64,000 nucleotides of DNA, taken from assembly GCF_018350175.1 (NCBI RefSeq), contig NC_058369.1:23314001-23378000 (forward strand). The letters run 5' to 3'. This DNA is from Felis catus. Its lineage: Eukaryota. Positions 1-12,750 of the stretch are shown one piece after another; the first letter of the stretch is position 1, and the number at the start of each line of letters is the position of its first letter. The position numbers and the translations under genes are program-made. A model generated the notes under the pieces. It was not told the DNA's origin, ran no database searches, and worked only from the letters and a program-made list of their open reading frames with translations.

Positions 1-1565
1 TTATTATAGTTTCAATTTTCTCTGATAAAGATGCAATTGTCTACATATCCCTATCAATGGATTGGATCTATTACAAAAGACTTCTCTTTATGGGCCACAC
101 TAACTCAGGGTCACTCTGGAACCTTTCTCTGCCTGAGCACTGGGATGAAATAGTTGTCACATGCTGCCATCAGTGACCAGTCGGTTGAGAAGCTTTGTTT
201 GTTAGGTACCCTGTTGGATGAACACAAGAAGCTGGTACTGCCAGACTGGGGACAATAAACTTCTTGGATTCTATATGCAGACCTGTCTAGCCTTGTCCTG
301 AGTGTGCATAAGTGATCACAGTTCCAGAAGGGGTGCGTGAAGGGCTTGAACGATAGAGCACAGCTTTCCTTAATATTGGGGGGGGGGGATCCATTCTAAA
401 AGCTTGCTCAACTGAAAGAGAATCATCACCTTGTGTTCTCTGCTTCATCTTGCCAGGACTCATATGGTCTCTATCCCCCTTCTTTGGAATCATAATTTAG
501 TACAGTATTTACCCACCAATATTATACCATAGACATTTCTAGCAGTGAACAGGATGGATTTATCCTGGGTGGATTTTTTTGTTCAGTCTCAATATATTGG
601 CACGAAAAGTTGTATGTAGTGGTGAAATACAAGAATAACTGGTAAAAACTCTGGGAACAAATCATAGCAGGAATGCTGACAGCACTATCAAGCCTTTGGA
701 GTGTTCGAATACACACGATTTTATTTTGTACCATTTACCCCCATCCCGCAAAAGTTCTGTGCAGAAGCTAAAGCTGGTATGACTGTCTTTTCAGGGACAG
801 AGAGGTGAAGTAATACATCCTTTGCACACAGCAGTCTTAGAAACAGGGTTCACATCCAGTTCTTTCAGTAAAACTTTTCCTGGTTATAATTGGTTGCTGG
901 CGGCTGGATTGTTCTTCTGTCTCCTGGATGAGCTCTCAATGTGTATCTGAATATACGGTATGGCTGGGAGAGTGGGCAAATGGAAGTAGGGGTGTCTGTG
1001 TGAGTTTGCGTGCCAGGCATGGTGAGCACTATTTTACAAACCGGATTTGTGCTCCTAGGGGTATGTTGCAAGTTGAGGCCAAGCCCACAGAAAATTATTT
1101 CTAAATGAATACAATATGAAAAAGTTATTTTATTTCTAATTTTACATGTAACATTGTTCTTTGGCGGGTCTCGGATTACACTTGAATGCATGTCTATTAA
1201 CCTGATATGAGATGCATGCATGATTTCATCTTGAATGCATTTGAATATAATAGCACTGGAAATGTAATTTGTATTCTCAAATTTTATAAAGCAAAATAAA
1301 TAAATCTTGGGGGTGGTAGCCACATTGAGCATATTGCATTGATTTCTTTGGGTTTCTCTCAAACTAATTACCAACTTCCCCTTGTAAATCCAGGTCTTCT
1401 CACACTGGCAGTTCTAAATGATCTAAATCCTCCATACCTAAGTCATCCTCGTTTCTTGCACCTCCAGGGAGTGGGTAGCGTGGACAGCTCTGTGGAGAAC
1501 TTTACCGTTGATCCTTAAAGAGTGCTAATACCCAGTTCCTCTCTGATGCTCCTGCTATCAGTGAT

Positions 1566-1760
1566 CACTGTCCAATAGAATTCTCTGTGATGATGGAAAT
1601 GTTGTCGAGCCACTTGATCCACTATGGGAGCACTAGCCCCATGTGGCTATTGAGCACTGAAAATGTGACTAGCACAACTCTGGAAGTGAATTCTTAATTT
1701 TAATCTATTTTAATTAAAATAGCCACATGTAGCTGGTAGCGACCAATCTGGATAGCACAG
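1566..1760. mobile_element. MER3-like hAT-Charlie MITE
   Basis: ends cactgtccaataga...tggatagcacag; internal gcccCATGTGGCTATTGAGCACTGAAATGTG typical of MER3. Confidence 0.8.
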
Positions 1761-3261
1761 AGCTGGAGCATTTGAGGTGTCTGTCCTGATTCAAGCACAC
1801 TAGTCACTGACATCCCCACATGAAATGGCTACGTGTTTAGGTGCATGGATGATGCTCTGTGCTCATCTATATCCACTTGGGAATCCTGAAGTGCCATCCT
1901 CTTTTCAGTGATTTGACTGCCCTCTCCAGGTCCCCATCCCTGGCTGTTTTGTCTTCATATCAGTACACCCACCCCCTCGCACATACTGGGTTTCTGATAA
2001 ATATGGAGGAGGAGAAGGAGGAGGAAGTAGGTAGTAAGGAAGTTACAAAGTTGAGGAAGGAGGAAGCCTGGAAGATACTTCACTGAAGGTATGTGGTCTG
2101 CATTGCTGGGATGAAAATCTGTACCGAGGCCCTCCTGGAGTACTGAGGAGAGTTACAGGAAAAGTCACCTGAGTAATTCAAACCAAAAGTGATGTCAGTA
2201 CTCCAGATGCCTGAATTATCTCCTGTGAAAGGGCCTGGGGCTCTTTGGGATGGCAGTTCCCGCAAAAATGGTTTTGTCGTTTTGCTGATTTCCAAAGACC
2301 ATCCCAGTATCTGGGCGTCACTGTCCTAGAGGCACACACAATCTTGGCACATTGGGAAGGGCCCCAAAGGATACCTTTTTCTGGGTCTAATCCACTCCTG
2401 AAGGTGAGTAAGGTACCACCCGATGCTGTCATGGAAAAAGGGGCTCTTGTTCTATGGTCATGGTGAAAGCCCCTGACAGGGGGTCTGGGAGCTTTTGTAC
2501 TCAAATGGAAGTGAGGAGAACCATGAGCTCCAGGAGAAATATGTTGATGATTTTCTGGACTGTCTAAAAAATTTCAAACCCCAGGAATGGTGTTTTTATT
2601 TTCTGCATTCTCTTTGGGACTTGGGTTTCACTAAAGCATTTTCTGTCCTTGTTTTCCTTATTAAATTAGCAAGATTGACTTGAATCAGAGTATACTGTTA
2701 TGGCTTAAAATGTTGTTGAAAGAGCAAAATAGACAGGCATGACAAATATCTTGGGTTCCATTTGGGATATGTGGGGGGTGGGGGAAGAGAGTGGGACTTG
2801 CTGAAGTAATAATGATTTTCTTCTGATAAGAGTTGAAAAAAAAACCCATGTGAAACAAAGATAAAGGAAAATAGTGAAAGGAATCTAAATTTCTGTTTGT
2901 GGAAGCTCCTATTTGTTTTCTTGAATAGAGTCGGGTAGAGGATGCTCCTTAAGCATTTTTGTCTGTTTGGCGGGGAAGTGGCCGTTGGTGAGGGGTGGTA
3001 TTAGGTTTTTTTGGTTTTTTGTGGGTTTTCTTGGCGTGTGTTTTTTCTCTCCGCTTTAAATCATTTTCATGCTTAAGAGATCATTAGCCAAATGTACCAA
3101 GTGGCTGGAGGTGCCTAACACCTCTTGTTCTCGTCTCCCACTATCTGGACCGTTTCCCTAGTACTTCCTCTTCAAGGCCTCCATCATGGACTTTCTAAAA
3201 TATCGATCTGTGGTCCTGCCATATCTCTGCTTAATCTTAAATGGCTCCTCAGACCCCATAG

Positions 3262-3445
3262 CAAGTGTCAACAAACTTTTTCTGTGGAGGGCCAAATAAC
3301 GTGAATTTTAGGCTTTGTGGGCCATTCAGTCTCTGTTGCAACGACTCAGCACTGCCGTCACACCATAGACAGTGTGGAAACAGGTGCGTGTGGCTGTGTT
3401 CCAATAAAACTTTATTTATAAAAAGAGGCTGGATCTGGCCCAAGG
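3262..3445. mobile_element. MER58A-like hAT MITE
   Basis: caacaaactttttctgtggagggccaaata...tggctgtgttccaataaaactttattta matches recalled MER58A. Confidence 0.8.
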
Positions 3446-5104
3446 CCTACAGGAGACTCTTTAGATGCGTGGGCCCAACATTCAAGACCTTCAGCCGTTT
3501 GACCTCAACCTGCACAAGCATGTCCCCCACTCCCATTCCTTCAGCCTCAGAAGAGACTGTGGTCTTTTAAAAGGCTGCATCCTTTCATCTGCGCTGTTTC
3601 CATGCTTGGATTACCATCTTGCCTCTGCTCTTACTTTTCCTGCCAGTCAGGTCTCCAGGTGTCACCTTACACAAAGCTCCTGCCAGCTCTCCCAGGCCAA
3701 ACCCACTCCATCTATTGTGCTCTTCAGCCCTGTGTGAAGTCTCTGACGTTGCCTTTACCATGTGGCTACACCACAGCTAGACAACATGGGATTATGTGTT
3801 CTCCTTCCCCTTAGCACCCAACTGAGAGCTCAGCATAGGGAAGGCCACTGAACAAATGGTCATGGAGTTGACTTGCCAATGAGCTTGTGATTCTCTTAAT
3901 CATAGAGAAGTATGTTAGCTTGTAGGCGAAAATGCTACGAAACCAGATGTGCTACCGGGAGCCAGGGGCCAGAGTTGCTGACAGGGGCAGGGGGGGTCAG
4001 CCAGCAAAAACACAGCCAGGGCAAAACCAAGCAGATGTGGCAGTCAGGACTTCAGACAGCCCTGTGGCATCGACCTCACGGCCCAGATGGGGGTGCGAGG
4101 AATGAGGAGCAAGGAAAGCGGTGTCTAGTTTAGGGCATCGGGAGCAGGGAAGGGACACAGCATGCTGGAGGGGGATCAGAGAGAAGCAGCCCACATGATT
4201 AATGGGATGGAGGGGCTGACTCAGGAGGAAAGATTAAAGCACTCTGAGGAACTGGGGTGCAGGCCGAAAGGGGCAGATGATAGCAGGCTTCAGGAATGTG
4301 AGATGGATAAACACCCAGGAGGGAATAGCAAGCTTCATTAGGGAGGTGAAAATTGGGAGGGGGGGGCATCCATCAAAGGATAGAAGGGGTTCTCAGAAAG
4401 GGCATGGGCTGCTGATGGGGAACCCAGGTGAGGATGGGTGGGCCAGGGGCAACTCTGGGCTCCCGGAACAAGAAACGCCATGGAAAGGCCACTGTGGGGT
4501 GATGCTTTCAGGAAGCCCTCTGCTTTATCCTTTAGCATCTAGAAGCCTGCCATGGTTGTTGGCCATGGTCTTCACAAGTGGCCTTAGAATTACTGACTGC
4601 CAGCCTGGGAAGAGCTGGCTGGGGACCAATGCCAAGGAGAAGCCACACAGAGAAGCACACGGAAGACGAGAGAGAAACTCACTTCCACTCACCTCCTAGA
4701 CATCAGTGAGTGGATGTCACAACGTGAGGCCCTCTGTCCTGAAGTCAGCTCTCTGCCGCCCGCACCCTCCCTGTCGTTGGTAGAACCAGAGAAACTTCTC
4801 CACCAGAGAAACTCTTAAGGGCAGGCCCTCACCTCTGCCTGCTGTGGATCTGAGCAAAGCCCAGCCTGCTCTGCAGTGCCCTCGGTTGGCCCCTCCCCAA
4901 CTAGGATACGGCCTGTCAGGCATTTGGGAAGGTCAGATTTATTGGAAATAGCAGCACACAGCCTCCAGCCTCCAAAATCACGTTCCTTGAGGTGTTCTCT
5001 GAAATGTTCTCCGGGGCCAGGAAGAGCAGCTTGTGTTGCAGTCTGACAAAGCGGTCCACGTGGTGGCAGGTCCCCCACAGCCAGTTTACTAAGGCCTGTG
5101 GAGC

Positions 5105-5520
5105 GGCCGTGCTCAACCCTGGCTGCACATTAGAATCACTAGAGGCTGTTCTTCAGTTACACTAGGGCACCTGGGTGGCTCAGTCAGGTAAGCGTCCAAC
5201 TCTTGATTTTGGCTCGGGTCATGATCTCATGGTTCATGAGACTGAACCATGTCTGGCTCTACGCTGCCAGTGCAGAGCCTGCTTGGGATTCTCTCTCTCT
5301 CCAGTCTCTCTCTCCATCCCTCCCCTTGCTCATGCTCTCCCTCTCTCTCTCTTAAAATAAATAAACTTTAAAAGAAAAAATCTTCATTCAGCTACCCATA
5401 CCCTTCATTCAGCTACTAGGAAATCTAGTTTAAATGGTCTAGGTGTGGAGGGAGAAGGCACCCCAGGGATCAGTCCTTTCTAAAAAAGTTCCCTGGGTTC
5501 TAAGGTGTGGAGAACTACCA
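5105..5520. mobile_element. MER5-like DNA transposon remnant interrupted by a CanSINE
   Basis: ctcaaccctggctgcacattagaatcac left end; continues after the SINE to gagaactac. Confidence 0.65.
5165..5380 (+). mobile_element. CanSINE (SINEC_Fc-type)
   Basis: gggcacctgggtggctcagt tRNA-like head, (CT)n, aaataaataaa tail. Confidence 0.95.
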
Positions 5521-7133
5521 CCGCAAAGCCTCTATTTGGATGTGATTATAATTCATATTGATATTACTCTTTTTTCTCAATAACTACTGACTGTAATGTC
5601 ACCTGAAAGGTTTTTTAAAAGGCAAGCATTTACTGATGGGTCATCTACATGCTCAGCACCTTGCTGGGGGGCAGGGATCCAGTGGGGAGCAAGATCAGGT
5701 ACCTGTCCTTTGAGAGCTTATGGTCCAGAAGGTGGGGAATGCTTTGAGCAAAGCCACGTAAATCCAGAGTGCTGAGATGGTGCATTCCAGAGACTTCCCA
5801 TTCTGCGTTTTGCAGCCATGTTCACTCTAGCCTTATCCTAGAGTCTGAGTTTCTAAGTCCAAAGGTAGAAGATGAGTCCCTCCAAATGTGCATACCTCAG
5901 TCAACCTTGACTCTCAGGCTTGCTTCAACAATTTTTCTAATAAGTAGGAATGCACTTGACGGTTATAAGAGTAACAGGCCAAGACTTTCATAAATCTTCA
6001 GGTTCCTGAAGTTAGTATGGCAACGATTACCTAACTGGGGGATTAAACATGGTGACATGTAAGAGTATTGAGTGAACTTCCCCCACACCCCAACCATGTC
6101 TTTCCTTTGATGGGTACTGTTATTTAGGTTGAAGTTACTTTAGGTATTTAAGTAAAAGAAAACGTGTGGAAAGATAAATAACAATACTGGTGGTGTGCAG
6201 ATGTGGCAAAAATGGGGAAGTTGGTGTGCAAAAGACTGAAGTTTGCAGAACTGCACTGGGACCAATGGCGTCCCGCGTGGAATCCAGTGTTTCCAGCACA
6301 GAATCGCATTCTTTCTTTCCAAACTCCTCTAACATCTTCTTACCATCTGATGAGCCTTCTGCTCTGCCTTGAGCACTTTCCGAAATGGTTTCAAGAGTTA
6401 CATCATTTTGGCTTCAGGAAGAGAAACAGTGTGAGCTTGTTCCTGTCCTGATTCTAAGGTTCCACCAAATGTTACTTCCCAAAGTTTCAAGTCACTTTCC
6501 TAACTTCTCTCTCTGTATGTTTCTCTCACTGGAACTGGCATGCACTATTGCTCAAGGGAGCTTTTCATGGCCAAACAGAATTGCGTAATTCCCTCAAAGT
6601 TCCTGGGGAGAGAAAATCATCGAGATGTGGATACTGGGGGCCAGTTTAACTAAGTCACATCATAGCAAAGTGACTCCCTTCCAAACACCAGCCTCGTGAC
6701 AAGTGCTTTCCAAATGTTGTATCTCAAAAACACATGCATAGTATACATTTTACACATGCAAGTTCATACAGTAATAACTGAAACAAGAACCCAGAAGAAG
6801 CAATCGTTTTCGAAATAGACTTTATTGTTTTCATTCCTGTTTTTAGCCTGGGTTTGGGAGGGGAGTGACCACAAGTGTATGAATTTTAGAAACACACAGG
6901 TAATGTGTCTCCAAAGAGTCATCAACAGTTCTGTGCGTATCATTAGCCTTGAGAATTCCTTACCTGAAAGGTAAAATGTCTTAGTTGTAGGCTTCACTGT
7001 AAATTTAGTTTTTAAGTTCTTATCTGGTATGCTTGCATCAGCTTTTCCCCGTGACAGATAACTTTCAATGATAATCTTAAGTAATTGTGGGAAGGAATCT
7101 CTAATGCCTTGTTTTATTTATAATTTGTCCCAG

Positions 7134-7195
7134 CTGTAGGCATTCAGATGAAACTTGAATTTTTCCAGAGGAAGTTCTGGACTGCCAGCAGACAG
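7134..7195 (+). CDS. CACNA2D3: CACNA2D3 internal coding exon (62 nt), (A)VGIQMKLEFFQRKFWTASRQ
   Basis: tttgtcccAG acceptor and CAG|GTAAG donor; peptide matches recalled alpha2delta-3; ends phase 0 and fits the next exon. Confidence 0.96.
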
Positions 7196-8061
7196 GTAAG
7201 TTATAATCAGCGTATTGAAGCATTAGAGACACTGTTATTATACAGGTGTTCACATTTGGGGACCCGGAGCCTAAAGTGCCAGATTTCCGATGAATGTTTG
7301 TGGAATGAACTGCTGGCCGCTCAGATTACCTTTCATTTCACTGCAAAATAAAAGGCTGTCAGCACGTTAGACAGCACATGCTGGGAAAGAAGGCAGTTTG
7401 CTCCTACAAAATGTTTTAATTGTGAAATCAAGATAGTGATCTTCCAAAGGAGCAGTTTTTCTTTTAACTATTGGTGACTTTTATGAATTTCCACAGTGAT
7501 TTTTTTCTAACCTTGCGGTGCCTGGTTATCTATTTGTGAATTTCCTTATTGCAGTTTTGAAGGCCTTTGCATAACTAGATCTGACTAAGCATGCATCTGA
7601 CCTCTTTGACCAGAGAGGGCTTCTATGCCTTGGAAAATCTGGAAGGCTTCCTTCTTTGCACTGTGTTCTCTGTATTGAGCAATCTCAGTAGTATTTGTGT
7701 AGTGATTCAGTGGAAATGGCAATTTTTCCCCAATTCTAAATGTTGGGGTAATATATTATTTCTTACATAAATACTTAAATAAACACTTTAGGAAAGTATA
7801 GATTAAGACAGGAGTGTTTTTAAAGAGTCACTAGCCTTTATAAATTGTAAATTAAATACTCACATAGTGATATTTTTTGTTACTCAAAGATTTGAGATCT
7901 TAAAAAGATATCTATATTGAATGGGAACATAAGTTAAAATAGGCAACATAAATTAAAATGAAAAAGAGTCAGTTCCCCCCAAAATTGTTTTTTATATGAC
8001 TATTTGGAGTTGGTATTGATCCTAGGGAAAGCAGACAATACTCATCTTGGAGCATTTCCTT

Positions 8062-8267
8062 TGTTTGTTTGTTTCTTTTTGAGAGAGAGAGAGAGAGAGA
8101 GAGAGAGTATGCAGGCGCATGTGGGAGGGGTAGAGTGGGGGTGGGGAGAGAGAGAATCTCAGCCTCAGCCTGGAGCCCAACATGGGGCTTGACCCCACGA
8201 ACCATGAGATCATGACCTGAGCCGAAATCAAGAGGACGCCTAACCGACTGAGCCACCCAGGTGCCCC
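8062..8267 (-). mobile_element. CanSINE
   Basis: reverse head ...gagccacccaggtgcccc, (GA)n, T-rich tail; TSD ttggagcattYcc on both sides. Confidence 0.95.
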
Positions 8268-8414
8268 ATTGGAGCATTCCCTTTGGATGAAATTTGGTTT
8301 TTGCATAAAAGGCAAGGAAATAGCTTGTTCTTGAATAATTAAGTGGCAGCCATAGCAAATTCTGGAATGTCCAAGTAACAATACGTTTCCCCTTGCTTTC
8401 CCCCCACCCCACAG

Positions 8415-8459
8415 TGTGCCTCTCTGGATGGCAAATGCTCCATCAGCTGTGATGACGAG
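8415..8459 (+). CDS. CACNA2D3: CACNA2D3 exon (45 nt), CASLDGKCSISCDDE
   Basis: ccccacAG acceptor, GAG|GTAAGA donor; in-frame continuation of the recalled protein. Confidence 0.96.
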
Positions 8460-9784
8460 GTAAGAGGGCCCCTGGCCCTGTTTCTGCCCTGGTCAAGGGG
8501 AGGTGACAGAGGGTGCCTTCTCGAAGAGGAAGTGCCTGTGTAAAAGGAGCCATGTCTGACAGGTTGCTCTGGACCAAGCTCCAAAAACTCAAGCACATTT
8601 GCTTTCTTTTCTTTCTTTTTTTTCCTTCTTCCCCTAATGAAATAGTTTATAAGACTTTGAAAAATGTGCTTAAGTGTCCCATGGATGGCACTTTTGGAAT
8701 TTTGGCATTTTATAGGAAATAATACAAATTGCTGCCATTTGAAGCTCACATGACAAGTCTCACAGCTTTTGCCCCATATGTTATCTCTTCTCATCCCGGT
8801 AGTAACCCAATCAAATGGGTAGGAATGATCATCCCATTTGGCAGAGGGGGAAACTGAGGATCAGAGAAATGGCTTGCTTAATTTCATGTAATAAATGAGA
8901 TGAAAATGTAAGGAGTTGAAAACTCAGGATTTTTTATTCTAGCATAGTGTTCTCTCCCACACTTCCTTCCCTCCCTTCCTTTCTTTTTATCTCTCTCTCT
9001 GTTGCTGTTTTGGGAAGAGGAATTTGAATCCCACCCGTGAGCAATAAGAGAAAAAAATGTACCACTGCCATAAATCTACCCCTCAGACTTATGTTTTCAC
9101 AGCATTTAATCCTGTACACCCTCTGCCCCATGATTTGGAGCAAGCAGGTATGTAGAGGCCTTCCGTGGTGGCTCAGGTAGCCTTTCTTTCGCTACAGTAA
9201 CTAAAACATTAGTCAATACATAAACCGGAACTTATAAATAATCATATTTATATTCCTTCTGGTTACCACAGGGATTCAACAAATCCTAACCAAATATAAT
9301 GTCAACACAGAAAGCATAGATTAGGAATATATTTCAAAAAAGTAGGCAAAAACAAGGAGAGAAGTATAAAAGGGAAGCCGGGATGAAGTTAAACACAAAA
9401 GGCTCAGTCCCCAAAAATCATTGTTATATGAATCACTATCCAAAGACTAAAAGCCAATCAATTAGCTTTTGAGCAGAAGTCCAATTTTCTTTGATCATCA
9501 GATCGAAAATAATTTTCCTTTAGGAAAGAACATTTTGTGACACCTTATGATCTATGCCCTCTAGTAAGTTAGAGAATCCCATTCAGAAGACACTCAAGAA
9601 GCCTCAAACCTCTCCACTGCCTTTGAGACGTTTATTATCATATTGGGGTACTCAGCTCAAGACAACATAGCTCAATAATAATATTGATTAATCAGTGCCA
9701 CGAGACCCTGTGTTAAGCCCTTCACTCATATAGTAGGTACAATTACTAATCCCAATTTATGGCAAGAGAACTAAGGATAGTGTG

Positions 9785-9900
9785 TTGGTTAGTTGGGTGA
9801 CTGGATGGATGGTTGGTTGGCTGGTGGGATGGATGGTGTTTTGGAGAGTTGATTGGTTGATTGGTTCCTGGGTAGTTGGATGGATAGATGGATGAATAGT
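9785..9900. repeat. degenerate (TGGA/TTGG)n simple repeat
   Basis: tggatggatggttggttggctgg... seen directly. Confidence 0.8.
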
Positions 9901-10054
9901 TAAACAATTTGATGAATAAAACCTGAGGCAGTCATTTTCCTATATCCTCACTGCCTCTGTGCATCCTCACATATAAAAGTAAGTGGGAATGGGTGCCACT
10001 AACCAGAGTTAGAAACATCTAGTATCTATTTGTTGTTCAGTGACTGAATTCACA

Positions 10055-10280
10055 GGTGATATAGCACGGTGGTTAAACGAGCAGGCTGCAGAGTTAGAAC
10101 AGCCGGCTTGAAATTGTGGCTCTGACAGTAATGAGCTGTTGACCTTGAGCAAGTTTCTGAACCTCTCTGTGGGGATAGGAATATCCACCTCACAGGGTAA
10201 TGGCGAGGAATGAATGAGATAATATATGGAAAATGCATGGTGCAGTTCCTGGCAAATGGTAAACACTCAATAAAGGTCAG
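10055..10280 (+). mobile_element. MIR, near full length
   Basis: atagcacggtggttaa head, gaccttgagcaagtttctgaacctctctgt core, cactcaataaa tail. Confidence 0.85.
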
Positions 10281-11159
10281 CTATAAACCAAAAATGTCAA
10301 CAGACTTTTTCTTCCCTTAGAGTTAGTGGCTCCCCTGAATCTAAAACCTCAGACAGCAATGGCATATGCCCTCTAGGAGTATTGGCAGCCTCCCCTGGGC
10401 CCAGTGAGCACAGCACACATGCCTTCCTCACCGCTAATGATCTTCTTCAGCGGTCACTGGGATAAGCCCTCCTATGAATGTCATGGAAAGGCCCACATAC
10501 TTGGAAAATTACACATTGAGTTTGCCCTCATTTCTGAACTTGATCTGATGCTCAAATATCGTCATCCTGCACTGTGAAACTATCATCCCTTCCCCATTTT
10601 TGACTCTACGTTTGGCTTCAGGCAACCAGTTGACATAGTTTCACATGGAAATGCCAGTCCTGCTTTCCCACCAAAGTCCCTTCCCACCTTTCAGCACACT
10701 CTTTCCATGTGTCATTCTCCTTTCATGACTTTTAATTAAGCCTTTGAGACCATGTCCCTCCCTCTCCCCCAACTGCCCTCAAGTGATGAGGTCCCCATTA
10801 AAAACAGCTGTGGGGACTCATTAAGTTCACATGCTCTGGCTTCTCCTCTGCACTGAAGACCTGGCCCAACTCCCTCAGACTTATCAGACACGCTTTGCTT
10901 TGGACCCATTCCAGCCCCTCTGTCTCCCTCCATCAGTAGACTCCCTGAGCCCTGGCTGGAGTGCCCTGGGCTGCTGGGTGGAGTCAGTATGGCCAGATAT
11001 CTTCCCATCTGGAAGAGTAGACATCCTTAGTTGGCCCAGGCGGTGCCTGAGCCATGTGACTTGGAGGGCCTGGCCGTGGGTCTGACTGAAGACTTTTGAG
11101 GAGCTCCATTCCATCCTGGGTGAATGTCAACTTTAGAGATCCAGAGGCAGTACTTCACA

Positions 11160-11520
11160 CACTCATTCATTCCCTCCAGACATGTTTACTAAGCCCTTTT
11201 ATGTCACCCCTGGGGATTCAATGGGAAGTAGAGTCAGAAATGGCCTCTTTCCTACTGGAACTGACTGATTAGCAGGGAAGACAAGTGTACGTGATTATCC
11301 ACTGTGATAAGTGCTGTGAATTAAACGAAAGGGGTGATCTGGGAAGGTTTCTCTGAGGAGATAACATGTAGGTCAACCGAAGAGGGAGGAGATGACATTG
11401 AAGACAGTGCCTGAAGTCAGAGAAGAGCTTCACAGGCAGAGAATACCACGTGCAAGGCACTGGGGTGGCCGAGGTTACTGCACTCTATGCAAGCGTGGTT
11501 GGCATTCGGATGGAAATGGA
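11160..11520 (-). mobile_element. L2 3' fragment
   Basis: cattcattc...catgtttactaag start followed by purine-rich L2 body (ggaaggtttctctgaggag, gtgcaaggcactgggg). Confidence 0.7.
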
Positions 11521-12549
11521 GAAGGAAAGTCCTGCCCACCTCTAATCTCAGCCTGACCTGTGGCACCGTTGTCTCACACTCTCATTTTCTTCTCCCACTC
11601 ATCTTTCCAACAGCCTCCCTCTCCTAATGAGAGCACCAGAATATTTGCAAGGAGAGTGGAAGATGAGAACGTTCTCCCCTACTGGGGCAATTTGGAGGAG
11701 ATGTTGGGGGCAGTGAGTGGATCTAAAACTTCGTATTCCAGCGCAGCTGCTACCCTTGCTTGTCCAGAGGAGTCAAGATAATAATCAATGACTGGACTTT
11801 GTAAGGCCTTGTAGGCATTTCCTCTAGAATCTGAAGGGTCTCCTCGAAGTAGGACAGACTCGGGAAGGGCTAAATCCAAGCCACCTGGTGCCTCCATGTC
11901 TAGAAAGACTCCAGTCAGGAGAGGGTTTGACAGTCAGTGCAGTAGCTATTGAGGGCAAGGGCACAGGGGATCCTACCAAGCACTTCTTTCCAAAATAACC
12001 ACTTTGCAACAAATTGTTTAAAAGACAGTATCTTGATAAAGATAGTTGGCCAGTGATGAATAGATACATCATGTGGTGTGAAGTAAGGGTCAGACTGCTC
12101 TACAGCTGAAATATTAGGGTTGAAATTGTGAGACGTGGAGCAAAGTAGTAAGGAGTGACCCCTTACAGTGCACACCTGGAATGCAGAGACCCAGGCCCTA
12201 CCCTCAGATGGAAGAACCAGCCCTCCCCCTCTGTCTCTCTTCCTCTCTCTCTCCACAAATGAAAACAACAGGCAGTATGATACTGGGCTTCTAAGTGAGT
12301 TGTTTCAAATCATTGCTCAGCCTGCACCAACCAAAACAGGCAGAAGGCATCCCCCAAAAGAAAAAGGTTAAACAGAAAGCAACAAAGTTCAGCCAACCTG
12401 CCTGCACAGCCTCTTGCTATGAACAATGGAACAGCTTCCCTTTCTGAGGAACTCTAAATTCATAGCATTAGGATACTAATTAGGATAAAGATGGCACATA
12501 GTAGGTGATCAATAAACACTGTTTGCCGAGTGGATGCAAGCACAGGTTT

Positions 12550-12750
12550 TTGACGACTTACTGTGCCCCGTGCACCTTACACTGTGCTCAACACTTTGCA
12601 CTCACCCTCTCATTTAATCTTCTCAACAACCTAACAAAGGGTTCTTGCTAGCTCCACCTTTTAGGTAAGAAACCTGAGACTCACAGTGGTAAAGACTTTG
12701 CTCAAGGTCAACTGATAGCAATTGCTCAGAGTCTCTGATTCTGAAGTGGC
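12550..12750 (-). mobile_element. MIR
   Basis: ctcatttaatcttctcaacaacc...gaaacctgagactcacag...ttgctcaaggtca. Confidence 0.75.

Noticed and set aside
865..1374. 169-aa minus-strand ORF
   Set aside because: Non-ATG start, no recognisable domain, not LRTM1-like (no LRR pattern); consistent with a chance intronic ORF
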